64,000 nt of DNA from Pyrodictiaceae archaeon. Lineage in GTDB: Archaea; Thermoproteota; Thermoprotei_A; Sulfolobales; Pyrodictiaceae. Of this stretch, positions 38,267 to 48,359 are shown piece after piece. The position numbers were made by a program, and so were the translations under genes. Position 1 is the first letter of the stretch, and each line of letters starts with the position of its first letter. The notes under the pieces are model-generated. The model was not told where the DNA came from and searched no databases. It worked only from the letters and a program-made list of their open reading frames with translations. The stretch lies in NCBI GenBank assembly GCA_027036135.1, contig JALVSY010000030.1, forward strand, positions 32,001-96,000, written 5' to 3'.

Positions 38267-39901
38267 TTGGCTGGTGAGCTTTCTAGGGCTTTGCTACGCA
38301 TTGATGGGCGTGGCTATAGGAGTTATCGTGTTCTTCGCGGTCTCTGTGAAGACGTTAGTGGTGTTGGGGTTTGTGTTAGGAGGGTTCAGGGTGATCCTTT
38401 TGCTCCTCCCAGTGTTGTTGAGGCTAGGTTCTCGCTAAGCGTTGTTCCTAGGTCTTTGCTGCGTTACGGTGTTGCTGTTGCTGATTATCTTCTCCGTGTT
38501 CTACGCGATGAGTTGGAGGCTCGTAGGAGGAGGCTTGGGGAGGGGCATAGCGGGTTTCTCGGTGTTCCCCATCCATCTCCCATTATTATTAGGCGTAGTG
38601 CTCTCATCGTTCGCGGCGAAATGGGGGTTGCTAGGGTATGGGTTGGTCTTCCTTCTCGTCGTCGCCGTGTCCTTGGTGAGGAGGCTCGCTGGCTTCTCCT
38701 CGAGGCTGTTCCGGGCGCTATTCGTGCTACGCTGAGACGTGCTGGGGAGAGGCTAGGTGATCTTGAGGGGCATGTTCGGGCTTGGAGGCTTCAGGAGGAG
38801 CTTAGGTCTAGGCTTCCCAGGCTGGGACTTGTCTCATTTATTGGTGATGGCTCTATTCTTCCTAGGCGTTGTGGTGGTTGCTGGGACTCGCTGCCCGGTG
38901 CTGTCCCGTTTGAGTCTCCTCCCAGTCTTCGTGTCGAGGTTGAGACTGAGTGCTGTGGCTTGGTTACTGGCATGGGTATTAAGCGGGGCGTCACCGTTAT
39001 TGCTGGTAGCGCTTTCCATGGGAAGACTACCTTGTTAGAGGCTATTGCTAGCGGTGTATGGAACCATGTCCCGGGCGATGGGAGGGAGCGTGTAGTCACT
39101 ATACGTAGTGCTATGTATGTCCGTGCAGAGGATGGGCGCTATATTAGCTGTGTTGATGTAGACTCGTTTATCCATGACTTGCCGGGTGGGCGTCCAACCA
39201 AGTGCTTCTCGACAAGCGATGCTAGTGGGGCTACTAGTGTTGCTGCTGCTATACAAGAGGCTGTTGAGGTTGGCGCGGAGCTATTGTTGTTTGATGAGGA
39301 TACTAGTGCTACTAATATGCTCTATTTGGATGAAAGGGCTAAGCCCCTTACGCGTAGGCATACTGTTACCCCGCTAGCCGAGCTAGCCAGGAGCATGAAG
39401 GAGAAGGGGATATCGCTGGTCATTGTCTCTACGGGCTCGCTACCATTACTAGCCGTGGCAGATACCGTTATCGTTATGGAGGATTACCGCGCAAGAGACG
39501 CCACCTCGGATGCTAAGAGCCTAGCTAAGAGCATCGAGCAAGGCAAGGGGGCCTACAAGCCTCCTAGGAAGAGAATCATCAAGCATGTCACGGGTCTCGT
39601 GAAGCCCCGTGCAAGAGCGGGCATGCTTACTGCTAAGAACCTTGAGGCGCCACTACCTCTTACAAATAATATTCACTTGGCTGAGGAGTCACAGCTAAAC
39701 GCATTGGTGGCGATAGCTGCAAGGATAAGCAAGGAGAAGGGACGACTCTTAGCCGAAGTCGTTAAGGAATACGAGGAGAGGATAATCGAGGATCCCTCGT
39801 GGCTAGGCGAGAGCCCGGGACTAGGCGAGGTTAGGGGACTGGATATTGCTTTCCTTGCTAATCGGCTCCCATTAGCGGTCATGAGGCCTAGCCGTGACTA
39901 A
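38267..39901 (+). CDS. predicted ABC-class ATPase (COG3044-like)
   Basis: VQGDPFAPPS, GSILPR, PFESP, GSAFHGKTTLL, RAEDGR, DASGATS, DEDTSATN. Confidence 0.88.
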   Translation: MAGELSRALLRIDGRGYRSYRVLRGLCEDVSGVGVCVRRVQGDPFAPPSVVEARFSLSVVPRSLLRYGVAVADYLLRVLRDELEARRRRLGEGHSGFLGVPHPSPIIIRRSALIVRGEMGVARVWVGLPSRRRRVLGEEARWLLLEAVPGAIRATLRRAGERLGDLEGHVRAWRLQEELRSRLPRLGLVSFIGDGSILPRRCGGCWDSLPGAVPFESPPSLRVEVETECCGLVTGMGIKRGVTVIAGSAFHGKTTLLEAIASGVWNHVPGDGRERVVTIRSAMYVRAEDGRYISCVDVDSFIHDLPGGRPTKCFSTSDASGATSVAAAIQEAVEVGAELLLFDEDTSATNMLYLDERAKPLTRRHTVTPLAELARSMKEKGISLVIVSTGSLPLLAVADTVIVMEDYRARDATSDAKSLAKSIEQGKGAYKPPRKRIIKHVTGLVKPRARAGMLTAKNLEAPLPLTNNIHLAEESQLNALVAIAARISKEKGRLLAEVVKEYEERIIEDPSWLGESPGLGEVRGLDIAFLANRLPLAVMRPSRD

Positions 39902-39975
39902 TTCTTCAAGAATCCTTGCTAGTCCTATCCGGGCTGTGTTATGCCTGCTCGGTTTTAACGCGTCTAGGTGGCTAG

Positions 39976-41223
39976 TTGAAGCAAGAGAAACGGGGGCTCT
40001 GGGGGTTGAGCGATGTCCTTGACGAAATATTTGAGCGCGTAGTTGCCTCGAGGATATTCCGGAACCGTGACATACTGAGTCCAGACTACATACCGGATCG
40101 CCTCCCTCACCGAGAAGAGCAGATAAAGCGCGTGGGTAGTGTTCTTGCCCAGGCGCTCAAGAATAGTAGGCCGAACAACCTATTCATATACGGCTTAACG
40201 GGTACCGGTAAGACCGCTGTCACCCTGTATGTCCTGCGCCGCCTAGTTGAGAAGGCTAAGCAGCTGGGAGTACGGGTTAGCTACGTCTACGTCAATACTC
40301 GGCAGAGAGATACACCGTACAAGGTGTTGGCTGATATAGCCTCCTCGGTTGGGCTCCGTGTACCCTTCACGGGATTATCCACCGCCGAGATATACGCGAG
40401 GCTCGTGAGAGCACTATCGAGATGGGATGGTGTACTCATTATAGTCCTTGACGAGGTTGACTGGCTCGTCAGGAGAAGGGGCGATGACCTCCTCTACAAG
40501 CTCACGCGCATAGGCTATGACCTGCCACCGGGAAGCGCCAAGGTATCACTGGTCGGCATAACGAACGATGTCAGGTTTGTTGAGATGCTAGATGCGAGGG
40601 TTCGTAGTAGTCTAGGGGAGGAGGAGGTCATATTCCCACCCTATAATGCCGAGCAGCTACGAGACATCCTATGGGAGAGAGCTAGCCAAGCATTCCAGCC
40701 AGGAGTCATAGACGAGTCCGTTATCTCTTACTGCGCCGCGCTGGCTGCACGGGAACACGGGGATGCCCGGAGAGCGCTTGACCTCCTAAGAGTAGCGGGA
40801 GAAATGGCTGAGAGGGAGAACGCTCCAAGAGTAACAGTGGAGCACGTGAAGAAGGCATGGATACAGATAGAGAGGGACCGAATATACGAGGTCGTCTCAA
40901 CACTCCCCCTTCACGCCCGCTTAGCAATACTAGCTGCTATCCGTGCACAAAGAACCAGTGGGAGAGACTACACAACAACCGGGGAGCTCTACGCTCATTA
41001 CCGGGAACTAGCAACAAGGATAGGAGTTGAAGCAGTAACACAGAGAAGGATAAGCGACATAATAAACGAGCTAGACATGCTAGGCATACTCTCAGCCCGG
41101 GTAATAAGCCGAGGCAGATACGGGAAGACAAGGATGATAACACTAGCCGCAGACGAGGACACAGTGCTAGCAGCTATAGCACAAGACCCTAGACTAAGAG
41201 AAGTAGTAAACACTCTCCTCTAA
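39976..41223 (+). CDS. cdc6: Orc1/Cdc6 replication initiator
   Basis: PDYIPDRLPHRE, GLTGTGKT, VLDEVD, LDARVRSSL, FPPYNAEQL, HGDARRALDLLR, winged helix SRGRYGKT. Confidence 0.97.
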   Translation: MKQEKRGLWGLSDVLDEIFERVVASRIFRNRDILSPDYIPDRLPHREEQIKRVGSVLAQALKNSRPNNLFIYGLTGTGKTAVTLYVLRRLVEKAKQLGVRVSYVYVNTRQRDTPYKVLADIASSVGLRVPFTGLSTAEIYARLVRALSRWDGVLIIVLDEVDWLVRRRGDDLLYKLTRIGYDLPPGSAKVSLVGITNDVRFVEMLDARVRSSLGEEEVIFPPYNAEQLRDILWERASQAFQPGVIDESVISYCAALAAREHGDARRALDLLRVAGEMAERENAPRVTVEHVKKAWIQIERDRIYEVVSTLPLHARLAILAAIRAQRTSGRDYTTTGELYAHYRELATRIGVEAVTQRRISDIINELDMLGILSARVISRGRYGKTRMITLAADEDTVLAAIAQDPRLREVVNTLL

Positions 41224-41315
41224 GGAAGCCAAGGAGAGACCAGCTACTGCTAGGAAGCTAGGCACCGTAGTATAAATAATCCCCGGGCCCTCTGAGGGAT
41301 AATAGTCACGGGTAT

Positions 41316-41389
<74 letters not shown>

Positions 41390-41615
41390 CTACACCCGCT
41401 GCGGGCCTTGGCTACCGGGTCCACCTCCCTTATCTCCTTCTAGATAGCCCCGTAAACCAATACAAAGAATCATAGACAATGCGTTAACCGCTGCTATCGT
41501 GCCTACATCCTCGTCTATAAAGTTATATGAAAGCAATAGAGGATAATATAGAATCGATAAATGGCGTAAAGGGAAAAAGGTGTACTGATTTAAAATATTG
41601 AATAAGGCTTTCCTC

Positions 41616-42059
41616 TTACTTTCTTTTCTCTGCTTTTGAGCGAATACACGCACCTAGGTTCTTTGCTATAGCTATTAGGAACCCGAGGCCTATTTGGACA
41701 TCCTTGTCGCCTAGCACTCTCAGCAGCCCAAATGTTGAAACTGGCTGTACGTTCTCCACCTTTGTCGATGCCAGTGACTTGAATAGGCACTCTGAGGCCT
41801 GCTCCACTGTTAGCCTTAGATCCAGTACTTCTTCTGGCTTAAGCTTGCCTATCGCTGCTGTCGCAGCGTCTCCCAGTGCTGCGAAGCGGTGCAGAGGCAC
41901 CTCGTTGGCCACGTAGGCGAATATCTCGGCGCTTCTCTCAGCTATCACTCGTAGCGCATCTAGTATACCGCTCTCCTTGAGCTTTACGGCAGTCTCTACG
42001 AGCGCCTCAAGCGCTTTGAGGCTTTCCTCATCTAGGAGAACTTTTTCCTGCGCAGCCAT
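41616..42059 (-). CDS. DUF1641-like protein
   Basis: LKESGILD ... GLLRVLGDKDVQIGLGFL; typical partner of SQR-like flavoproteins. Confidence 0.75.
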   Translation of the reverse strand: MAAQEKVLLDEESLKALEALVETAVKLKESGILDALRVIAERSAEIFAYVANEVPLHRFAALGDAATAAIGKLKPEEVLDLRLTVEQASECLFKSLASTKVENVQPVSTFGLLRVLGDKDVQIGLGFLIAIAKNLGACIRSKAEKRK

Positions 42060-42081
42060 TACAGTTCACCTCCTATACGTG

Positions 42082-43263
42082 TCACTTCAATGAGGCTATC
42101 CAGGACTTATAGAACGCCTCCTTCATGAGCCTTATTATAGGCGATCTCATCAATGTATAGCAGACAAACTTCCACCTATCAGTTGACTCGTCGAAATACG
42201 TCTCACAGCCAGCAGCAAAACCGCTTGTACCGAAGTAACCTACACAATCCATCATCGTGTAATAGCCCATGACAGGATATCCTATATCAAGCTCGTTCAT
42301 TATTATATCGACAACATACTCTGCCGCGTAATGTATAGGCACACCCGCCGTTGGCAAGCCGGCTGGCGGCATTGAGTGCTCGCCTACTAGGAAGACATCA
42401 TCATAGTCCGGGTGCCTAAAGGTACGCGGTCTAACGGGAGCCCATCTTGGGTCCTGTTTCCACTGGAACCCATCACTCTCGGCTAAGGGGTCCGGGAGCC
42501 TTGATGGCGGGACTTTTATGAGCAAGTCGTAGCGCTCCTCTATATTCCCTGCACGTATAAGATTCCTTGAAGGATCTACTTCTTGTAATCCATTATGCTG
42601 TATAAGCTCTATTCCTAGCTCATCGAACTTCTCCTTCCAGACGCGTGCTATATCCGGTCCTAGGCCCCCAAGAGGCTTTGATTCTACACCTACAAGAGTT
42701 ATGTTCACTTTCCTGCCTATTTTCTTAAAGGTTTCTGCAAGCTGCGTAGCTGCCTCATAGGGATACATGCCGCAACGATGAGGCTTCTCTGGGACTAGGA
42801 TAACTATTTTCTCTCCCTTAAAGGCCGCTAGGGCTTTTGCCATTTCAAGTGCTCCTTCAAGAGTATAGTTGTGCACACCTGCCTCCGCTAACCCTGGATA
42901 TGCGTCCCAAGCATACTTTACTCCGAGGCTTACTATAAGATAGTCGTAGTTATATTTACCCTTCTCGGTTATTACTGTTCTCTTAGCAGCGTCTATTTTT
43001 TTGACAGGGTCTACTACAACCTTGACGCCGAACCGCTCTAAGCCTTGAATAGGGGCACGCACCTCATCGGGCACAGCCGTACCAAAGGCAACATCCGCAT
43101 AGAGTGGTAGAAAGTCGTGCCATGGCTGGTCAGTTATTAGTGTAACCTCTAGTCCTAAGTCCTTATGCTTCCTCAGAATATCACCGAGTTTCTTGGCGGC
43201 AGCTACTCCTCCGGAGCCACCACCGAGGATTAGTATTTTCTTGCCCAAGCCTTTGCACACCAC
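42082..43263 (-). CDS. sulfide:quinone reductase-like FAD oxidoreductase
   Basis: ILGGGSGG, YDYLIVSLG, HRCGMYPYE, VFLVGE, C-terminal Cys and K.AF. Confidence 0.82.
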   Translation of the reverse strand: MVCKGLGKKILILGGGSGGVAAAKKLGDILRKHKDLGLEVTLITDQPWHDFLPLYADVAFGTAVPDEVRAPIQGLERFGVKVVVDPVKKIDAAKRTVITEKGKYNYDYLIVSLGVKYAWDAYPGLAEAGVHNYTLEGALEMAKALAAFKGEKIVILVPEKPHRCGMYPYEAATQLAETFKKIGRKVNITLVGVESKPLGGLGPDIARVWKEKFDELGIELIQHNGLQEVDPSRNLIRAGNIEERYDLLIKVPPSRLPDPLAESDGFQWKQDPRWAPVRPRTFRHPDYDDVFLVGEHSMPPAGLPTAGVPIHYAAEYVVDIIMNELDIGYPVMGYYTMMDCVGYFGTSGFAAGCETYFDESTDRWKFVCYTLMRSPIIRLMKEAFYKSWIASLK

Positions 43264-43369
43264 TTATTTTTGCTCACCCAGAAGCAAATATAGGTTACCA
43301 GTCGCTAGGCGCGGTTATACCACCTGAATCACCGAGTTCGCAGGAAAATACTTCTAAGTAGTAGCTGTT

Positions 43370-43960
43370 TTATCCCCAGTTCCTTGAAAGGCTCGAGGCT
43401 AAGACGTGTGCTGAGAAGAGGGGCTCTGGTTGCCGGGTATAGACTTGGAGCTTGCATATGGTTCTCCATGCTTCTCCTGCCTCGATACCGTAGGGCGCTA
43501 CTAGTAGCTCGCCTTTCTCGCACTTGACCCTCGAGAGCTTGTTCCAGGTGGCCTCGAGCAGGCTGAGCCTCTTCTTCCAGTCAGCGAAGTGCTTGCGGAG
43601 GGCATTAGTCACTGCTTCCTTGTTAGGAGGGTACCAGTAGACGGCTATGACGGGGATGCTTGTTTGCCGATATAGCTCCTCGGCGTCTAGGATATTGAAG
43701 CCCGCGAACACGACGGTATCTAATAGTACTGCTCTTAGACTTAGTCTTTGCCTAGCCTTATTGACCAGCCTTATTGCTTTCTCTGTAGAGTCCATCCCGT
43801 CTATCTCAACGGTATCGGCTAGGGCGAGGCAGGGACAGAGTCTATCCTCGATGAAGCAATGGGCCGCGAGGACTAGGAGGGTATAGGGCCAGTCTCGCCT
43901 AAAGAATCCATCATCTATGCCCGCGTAGCACTCCATACCAGCTACCCTTCGCCGAGACAC
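43370..43960 (-). CDS. DUF99 family (endonuclease V-like)
   Basis: GIDDG, DGMDST, LLDTVVFAGFNILD, PEPL..AH. Confidence 0.82.
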   Translation of the reverse strand: MSRRRVAGMECYAGIDDGFFRRDWPYTLLVLAAHCFIEDRLCPCLALADTVEIDGMDSTEKAIRLVNKARQRLSLRAVLLDTVVFAGFNILDAEELYRQTSIPVIAVYWYPPNKEAVTNALRKHFADWKKRLSLLEATWNKLSRVKCEKGELLVAPYGIEAGEAWRTICKLQVYTRQPEPLFSAHVLASSLSRNWG

Positions 43961-44027
43961 TAGGGATTCTTCCTAGTTAATGCAGAGAGAAGGCACTAGA
44001 TATTCTCCCCTTCCAGGGTACTAGGGC

Positions 44028-44669
44028 TTGTTCTCGGGGGAAAGAGTGGCGCAGGGAAGGAGGCTGGCTCCATGGATCCCGACGCCTATTAGTATCGTGT
44101 ATGCTGCTCTCGAGGCTGCGTGGGCTTCTCCCTGTGACATTGTGTATGACTTGGGTGCTGGCGATGGTAGGGCGGTGATTATCGCTGCGAGGGAGTTCTG
44201 CGTCAAAAAAGCAATCGGCGTTGAGATTGACCCGGTTCTCGCTGAGGCCGCTAGGGTAAAGGCACGCATGGATGGCGTTGATGACCGTGTCGAGATACTT
44301 GAGGAGGATTTCTTCAAGACGTCTCTCCGAGGGGCTACCCTTGTCTACATGTATCTCTATCGGAGCATTAATGAGGCGCTCCGAGAGAAGCTAGAGGCAG
44401 AGCTCGAGCCGGGAGCACGTGTCGTGACTATTGATTTCCCTATCCCAGGCTGGGTGCCTGTCTACGCGCCCCGGCTACGCGACGAGGGCGACATATTGAG
44501 GACAGTTCATGTCTACGTTATTGGGCTAAGCGACGCGAGGCATCCCCGCAGGGGGCGATTAGTCAAGGAGTGGGGCCGAGAACTGAGAGCACTAGTCTGC
44601 GATGAGCCTCCTCCGCCTAGTTGTCGGCCCCGCGTCAGGAAAGTGTTGAAGAACACTGGCTCCTCGTGA
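44028..44669 (+). CDS. SAM-dependent methyltransferase (protein lysine methyltransferase-like)
   Basis: PWIPTP, YDLGAGDGR, GVEID, VYMYL, PGARVV. Confidence 0.8.
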   Translation: MFSGERVAQGRRLAPWIPTPISIVYAALEAAWASPCDIVYDLGAGDGRAVIIAAREFCVKKAIGVEIDPVLAEAARVKARMDGVDDRVEILEEDFFKTSLRGATLVYMYLYRSINEALREKLEAELEPGARVVTIDFPIPGWVPVYAPRLRDEGDILRTVHVYVIGLSDARHPRRGRLVKEWGRELRALVCDEPPPPSCRPRVRKVLKNTGSS

Positions 44670-45751
44670 GGGCCGAGGAAGATTTGCGGAGACCAGGTGG
44701 CATAGCAGAGGTTCTCGGGCTGCGACTCTGGGGCCGTGCATGGGGCCGCCCAGTATTCCTCATAACGGAGCCCCTGCCTCTCATCGGCCACATAGCCTTC
44801 GGAGTCATCGATAGAGGAACTAACGTGTTACAGGTAAGACCTACCACGCTCTGCGTGCTTAGCTGCATATTCTGCAGCGTAGACGCGGGGCCACGGAGCA
44901 AGTGGAGGCAGGCAGAGTACCTCGTGAAGCCAGGGTGGCTGGCCGAGTGGGTTCATAGAGTAGCCGTTGAGAAGGGAGTAATGGTGGAGGCCCTCATAGA
45001 CGGCGTGGGGGACCCCTTTACTTATCCGTGGCTACCACGCCTAGTACGTCTCCTAAAGAGTACTGGTGTCGTCGCTAGCGTCGCCGCCGAGACCCACGGA
45101 GAGACCCTCAGCAAGGCGCTCATCGATGAGCTTGAGGAGGCGGGGCTTGACCGGATTAACCTTAGCATAGAGACTCTTGACCCGGAGAAAGCGAGAATGC
45201 TTACAGCCACACCGTGGTACAACGTGGAGAGAGTAAAGGAGGCTGCTGAGTATGTTGCGCGAGAAACAAGTATCGATCTCCATGTCACGCCTGTCTGGCT
45301 TCCCGGGCTCAACGACGAGGACATAGCCGAGATAGTTGAGTGGGCTTACCGGATAGGAGCTGGGAAGCGCTGGCCACCAGTAACAGTGCAGAAGTATATC
45401 CGTCACCGCTATGGCCGACACCCACCTGGGTTGAGGGAGCTTAGCTGGGAAGAGTACTGGCAATGGCTAAGAGAACTGGAGCGGCGCACCGGGAAGCGGT
45501 TATCGTGGAGCATGGAGGAGTGGGGAATGCGCTACGCCCCGAGAATACAGCACCCGCTGCGAAAAGGGGCTAGGGCAAAGCTACAAGTAGTGGGCCCGGG
45601 ATGGCTACGCGGAGAGCTACTAGCAGTAACCCTTGATAGGAAACGGGTAGTCACACTCCTCTCGCGGCGCACGAGGCTAGGACCCGGAGACCTCGTAGTT
45701 GCTAGGATAATCCACGACAAGGACGGAGTATTCATAGCCAAGCCGCTCTAG
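44621..45751 (+). CDS. radical SAM protein with C-terminal TRAM-like domain
   Basis: FGVIDRGTNVLQVRPTTLCVLSCIFCSVD, IDGVGDP. Confidence 0.85.
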   Translation: MSAPRQESVEEHWLLVRAEEDLRRPGGIAEVLGLRLWGRAWGRPVFLITEPLPLIGHIAFGVIDRGTNVLQVRPTTLCVLSCIFCSVDAGPRSKWRQAEYLVKPGWLAEWVHRVAVEKGVMVEALIDGVGDPFTYPWLPRLVRLLKSTGVVASVAAETHGETLSKALIDELEEAGLDRINLSIETLDPEKARMLTATPWYNVERVKEAAEYVARETSIDLHVTPVWLPGLNDEDIAEIVEWAYRIGAGKRWPPVTVQKYIRHRYGRHPPGLRELSWEEYWQWLRELERRTGKRLSWSMEEWGMRYAPRIQHPLRKGARAKLQVVGPGWLRGELLAVTLDRKRVVTLLSRRTRLGPGDLVVARIIHDKDGVFIAKPL

Positions 45752-45825
45752 CACACTAGGCATAGGCGCAGACTTGATAAGAGCACAAATACACGAATAC
45801 ATGTATTTCCACGGGTGCTTCTCGG

Positions 45826-46110
45826 GTGCCAAGGATACGCGTCAAGCTCTTCGCAGAATACTACGAGCTAGCGGGTAAACAACACGTCCTAGACCTAGAC
45901 GTAGCCGAAGAAACAACTGTCCTCGAGCTAGCAAGACTCCTCGAGGAGAAGTTTCCAGGGCTACGCGGCAGGCTAGTAAACGGCGACAAGATAGCCGAGG
46001 AGACAAAGGTCCTCGTCAATGGGCGGCTAATAGACTGGCTAGAGGGGGAGAAGACTAGGCTAAGAGACGGGGACACCGTGGCCTTCTTCCCGCCAGCAGC
46101 CGGGGGCTAA
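45826..46110 (+). CDS. MoaD/SAMP ubiquitin-like protein
   Basis: VKLFA...VNG...FPPAAGG C-terminal diglycine. Confidence 0.93.
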   Translation: MPRIRVKLFAEYYELAGKQHVLDLDVAEETTVLELARLLEEKFPGLRGRLVNGDKIAEETKVLVNGRLIDWLEGEKTRLRDGDTVAFFPPAAGG

Positions 46111-47180
46111 CCAGGCACTAGGCCACGCGCCAGCTCTAGTAGCTCCTCTACGCGGCGCCTCCTAGCCTGCCTAATAACCCGGCGCTCCTCATACTCCCTC
46201 TGCAAGTGATCTGGCACCACAGGCCTCCTCCTAGGAGGGGCTGGGCGGCCATCCGGCCCTATCGAGACAAGCACCATGTAGAGCTGAGCCATCGTGTTGA
46301 CGCGGCCCTCCAGCGGGTTTTCCGCGACAACCTTTAACAAGACCTCGAGGCTAGTCCTGCCAACCCCGGTAACCCCTGCCTCGACGCGGAGCAAGTCACC
46401 GACAAAAGCAGGGGAGACAAACACCGCTGCATCAAAGCTAGCAGTAACCACGGGGCTACCCGTAGCCCTCATGGCGGTAAGAGCCCCGACCTCGTCAATT
46501 ATGTAGAAGAACTTAGTAGCGTCAAGTACTCTTGGCAACGAGAAAGTGGAGTCAGGCAAAACCATGGTATAGGTCTCAACCCGGTAAGGAACCTCCAAGC
46601 GACCAACATCGCCCCGGAGCCCACGACTACTCTCTATGAGCCTCTGCCTCTCCCCGAGCCACTCCTCATGAATATCTAGCAATGGGCGAGCCTCAAGACT
46701 ACAAGCATCAACCTCTACGCCGTGCTCACGAGACCTAACCCGGTCATCAACACTAACATAGGTCTGAACACTGAGACTAACCGGGCGAACCCCGCCACCA
46801 AGCCCACGAGCCTCAGCATAGCTAAGAACATCCAGCGTGTGACGAGTAGATCCAATAACCCAGGAATAAATATAGAGGAACTCACCCACGTGAACCGGGC
46901 TAAGAATAAACAAGTAATCAATAGAGCCAAGAACCACGTAGCCACGAGAAACCCTCATAGCAGCCATAGCACCGGACTCGAGAACCCACCAGGCAAGCCT
47001 ACCACCATATAACGTGCCATAACGATTAGTATACCTCGGATACACGGGCCGAATAACATCAATCCTAGTAGACTCGAGACAGACACGACTCAAAAACAAA
47101 CACCCCAGGAGAAGAACAGCGAGAACCCTCAAAAATAACGTAAAACGCGACCCACGGATCCAGAGACCTATCGTGTACAA
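46107..47180 (-). CDS. double hotdog-fold acyl-CoA thioesterase
   Basis: N.YGTLYGG, F.SPVHVG, VVTASFD, GRTSLEV; true start probably downstream of the listed one. Confidence 0.85.
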   Translation of the reverse strand: MYTIGLWIRGSRFTLFLRVLAVLLLGCLFLSRVCLESTRIDVIRPVYPRYTNRYGTLYGGRLAWWVLESGAMAAMRVSRGYVVLGSIDYLFILSPVHVGEFLYIYSWVIGSTRHTLDVLSYAEARGLGGGVRPVSLSVQTYVSVDDRVRSREHGVEVDACSLEARPLLDIHEEWLGERQRLIESSRGLRGDVGRLEVPYRVETYTMVLPDSTFSLPRVLDATKFFYIIDEVGALTAMRATGSPVVTASFDAAVFVSPAFVGDLLRVEAGVTGVGRTSLEVLLKVVAENPLEGRVNTMAQLYMVLVSIGPDGRPAPPRRRPVVPDHLQREYEERRVIRQARRRRVEELLELARGLVPG

Positions 47181-47210
47181 CGCCTAGCTATCGCTTAACC
47201 ATAGAGCAGG

Positions 47211-47609
47211 CTAGGGCCATAGAACCTCGGTCTCCACGCCTTCCCGACTAGCTGCATCTGCTTGCTTCTTGTCAAGGGTCACTAGTACTGCACCAAGATC
47301 TTTAGCTAACGCGATAAACAATGAATCATATACTGTGATATGATTCCTAGCAGCTATGCGCAGAGCCTCCGGCAAGAACCGCTCCTGCCTATATAGGGGG
47401 ATAACGTCGGAGACTAAGTCCTCGACAATACTAACCGCGTTCTCCAAGCTCATCTCTCTACGTATAACTTTCTTCCAAAGAGCATTGGCAACCTCCTTCA
47501 CCGCTAGATCGAGCGTCACAATCTCCTCAAGTAAGATTCTCTCAGCACTCTCCCAGCCAGGCTCTCTGGAGAAATACATCACAAGGATAGATAAATCAAT
47601 GACCTTCAC
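47211..47609 (-). CDS. vapC: PIN-domain toxin
   Basis: VIDLS, EVANALWK, ITVYDSLFIALA, LVTLD. Confidence 0.9.
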   Translation of the reverse strand: MKVIDLSILVMYFSREPGWESAERILLEEIVTLDLAVKEVANALWKKVIRREMSLENAVSIVEDLVSDVIPLYRQERFLPEALRIAARNHITVYDSLFIALAKDLGAVLVTLDKKQADAASREGVETEVLWP

Positions 47610-47835
47610 GATCCTTCCTCACACTTCTAGACGCAAACCCCGCCGAACTAGGAACCACATCACCCAGAATCTGCCTCCACTTAGCAATCACCCTCTTTCT
47701 CCTCTCCCGGGCAGCAAGAGCCTCAAGATACCTACGAACAGCCTCGCCTACATCTATACCAGCGCGTTCAAGCTCTTCCTTAACCTCCCTCCTAACCCTA
47801 ACACTAACAACCACCGTAGACAAGAACGCAAACAC
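47596..47835 (-). CDS. vapB: RHH-type antitoxin
   Basis: VVVSVRVRREVKEEL..GID..EAVRRYL ... SVRKDRE; overlaps vapC. Confidence 0.82.
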   Translation of the reverse strand: MFAFLSTVVVSVRVRREVKEELERAGIDVGEAVRRYLEALAARERRKRVIAKWRQILGDVVPSSAGFASRSVRKDREGH

Positions 47836-48004
47836 CCAGTATACATAATGGCTAAAGAGAGATAAAAAACATAGCGTAAGATAACGTAAACTAAGCTACA
47901 ATCAAGTCACATCGCAATAAATTACTAAGCCGCAGAGCACCAGGCATGTTGTATCGTTTACCACTGCCAGTCTAGGATCCCCCAGCTATCTGTGAGGGAA
48001 ACCC

Positions 48005-48084
48005 GGGGCCGCGGGGATGATGAGAAGGACACGAGCCGATCCGTGAGGAGCAGACTTAGCGCCGACCCTCTGATCCGCGGCCCC
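48005..48084 (+). ncRNA. box C/D sRNA candidate A
   Basis: 10-bp stem GGGGCCGCGG/CCGCGGCCCC, ATGATGA, 12-nt guide, CCGA, GTGAGGA, 12-nt guide, CCGA, CCCTCTGA. Confidence 0.75.
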
Positions 48085-48264
48085 ACCCTAACGCTTTCCC
48101 CACACCCTCTCATAATGATTTCCACTCTATCCATATAATGAATTACCAATATTTTGCGATGAGGACTAGCCATTACACTTTGCCAACATTAGAGACAATA
48201 ACATGTCCATATATAGGGGTAGGGCGATAAACTTATTCACAGCCACGTAGCTATTCTGGTAAAT

Positions 48265-48352
48265 GGCCCGCGGGTTCAAGGGTCAGTGGCATCGAGTCTC
48301 GCTCACGGGCTCTGTGCCTCGGCTCGCGCCGTGCTCATCATCCCCGCGGGCC
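48265..48352 (-). ncRNA. box C/D sRNA candidate B
   Basis: stem GGCCCGCGG/CCGCGGGCC, ATGATGA, 12-nt guide, CCGA, GTGAGCGA, 12-nt guide, CTGA, CCCTTGA. Confidence 0.75.
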
Positions 48353-48359
48353 GCCCTTC

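Noticed and set aside
38244-39377. Overlapping hydrophobic ORFs inside the ATPase gene
   Set aside because: Artefact of the local G/T-rich composition, which suppresses stops and gives Leu/Val-rich frames.
47958-48173. 71-aa ORF on the minus strand
   Set aside because: Antisense to the structured C/D-like element A; no protein features.
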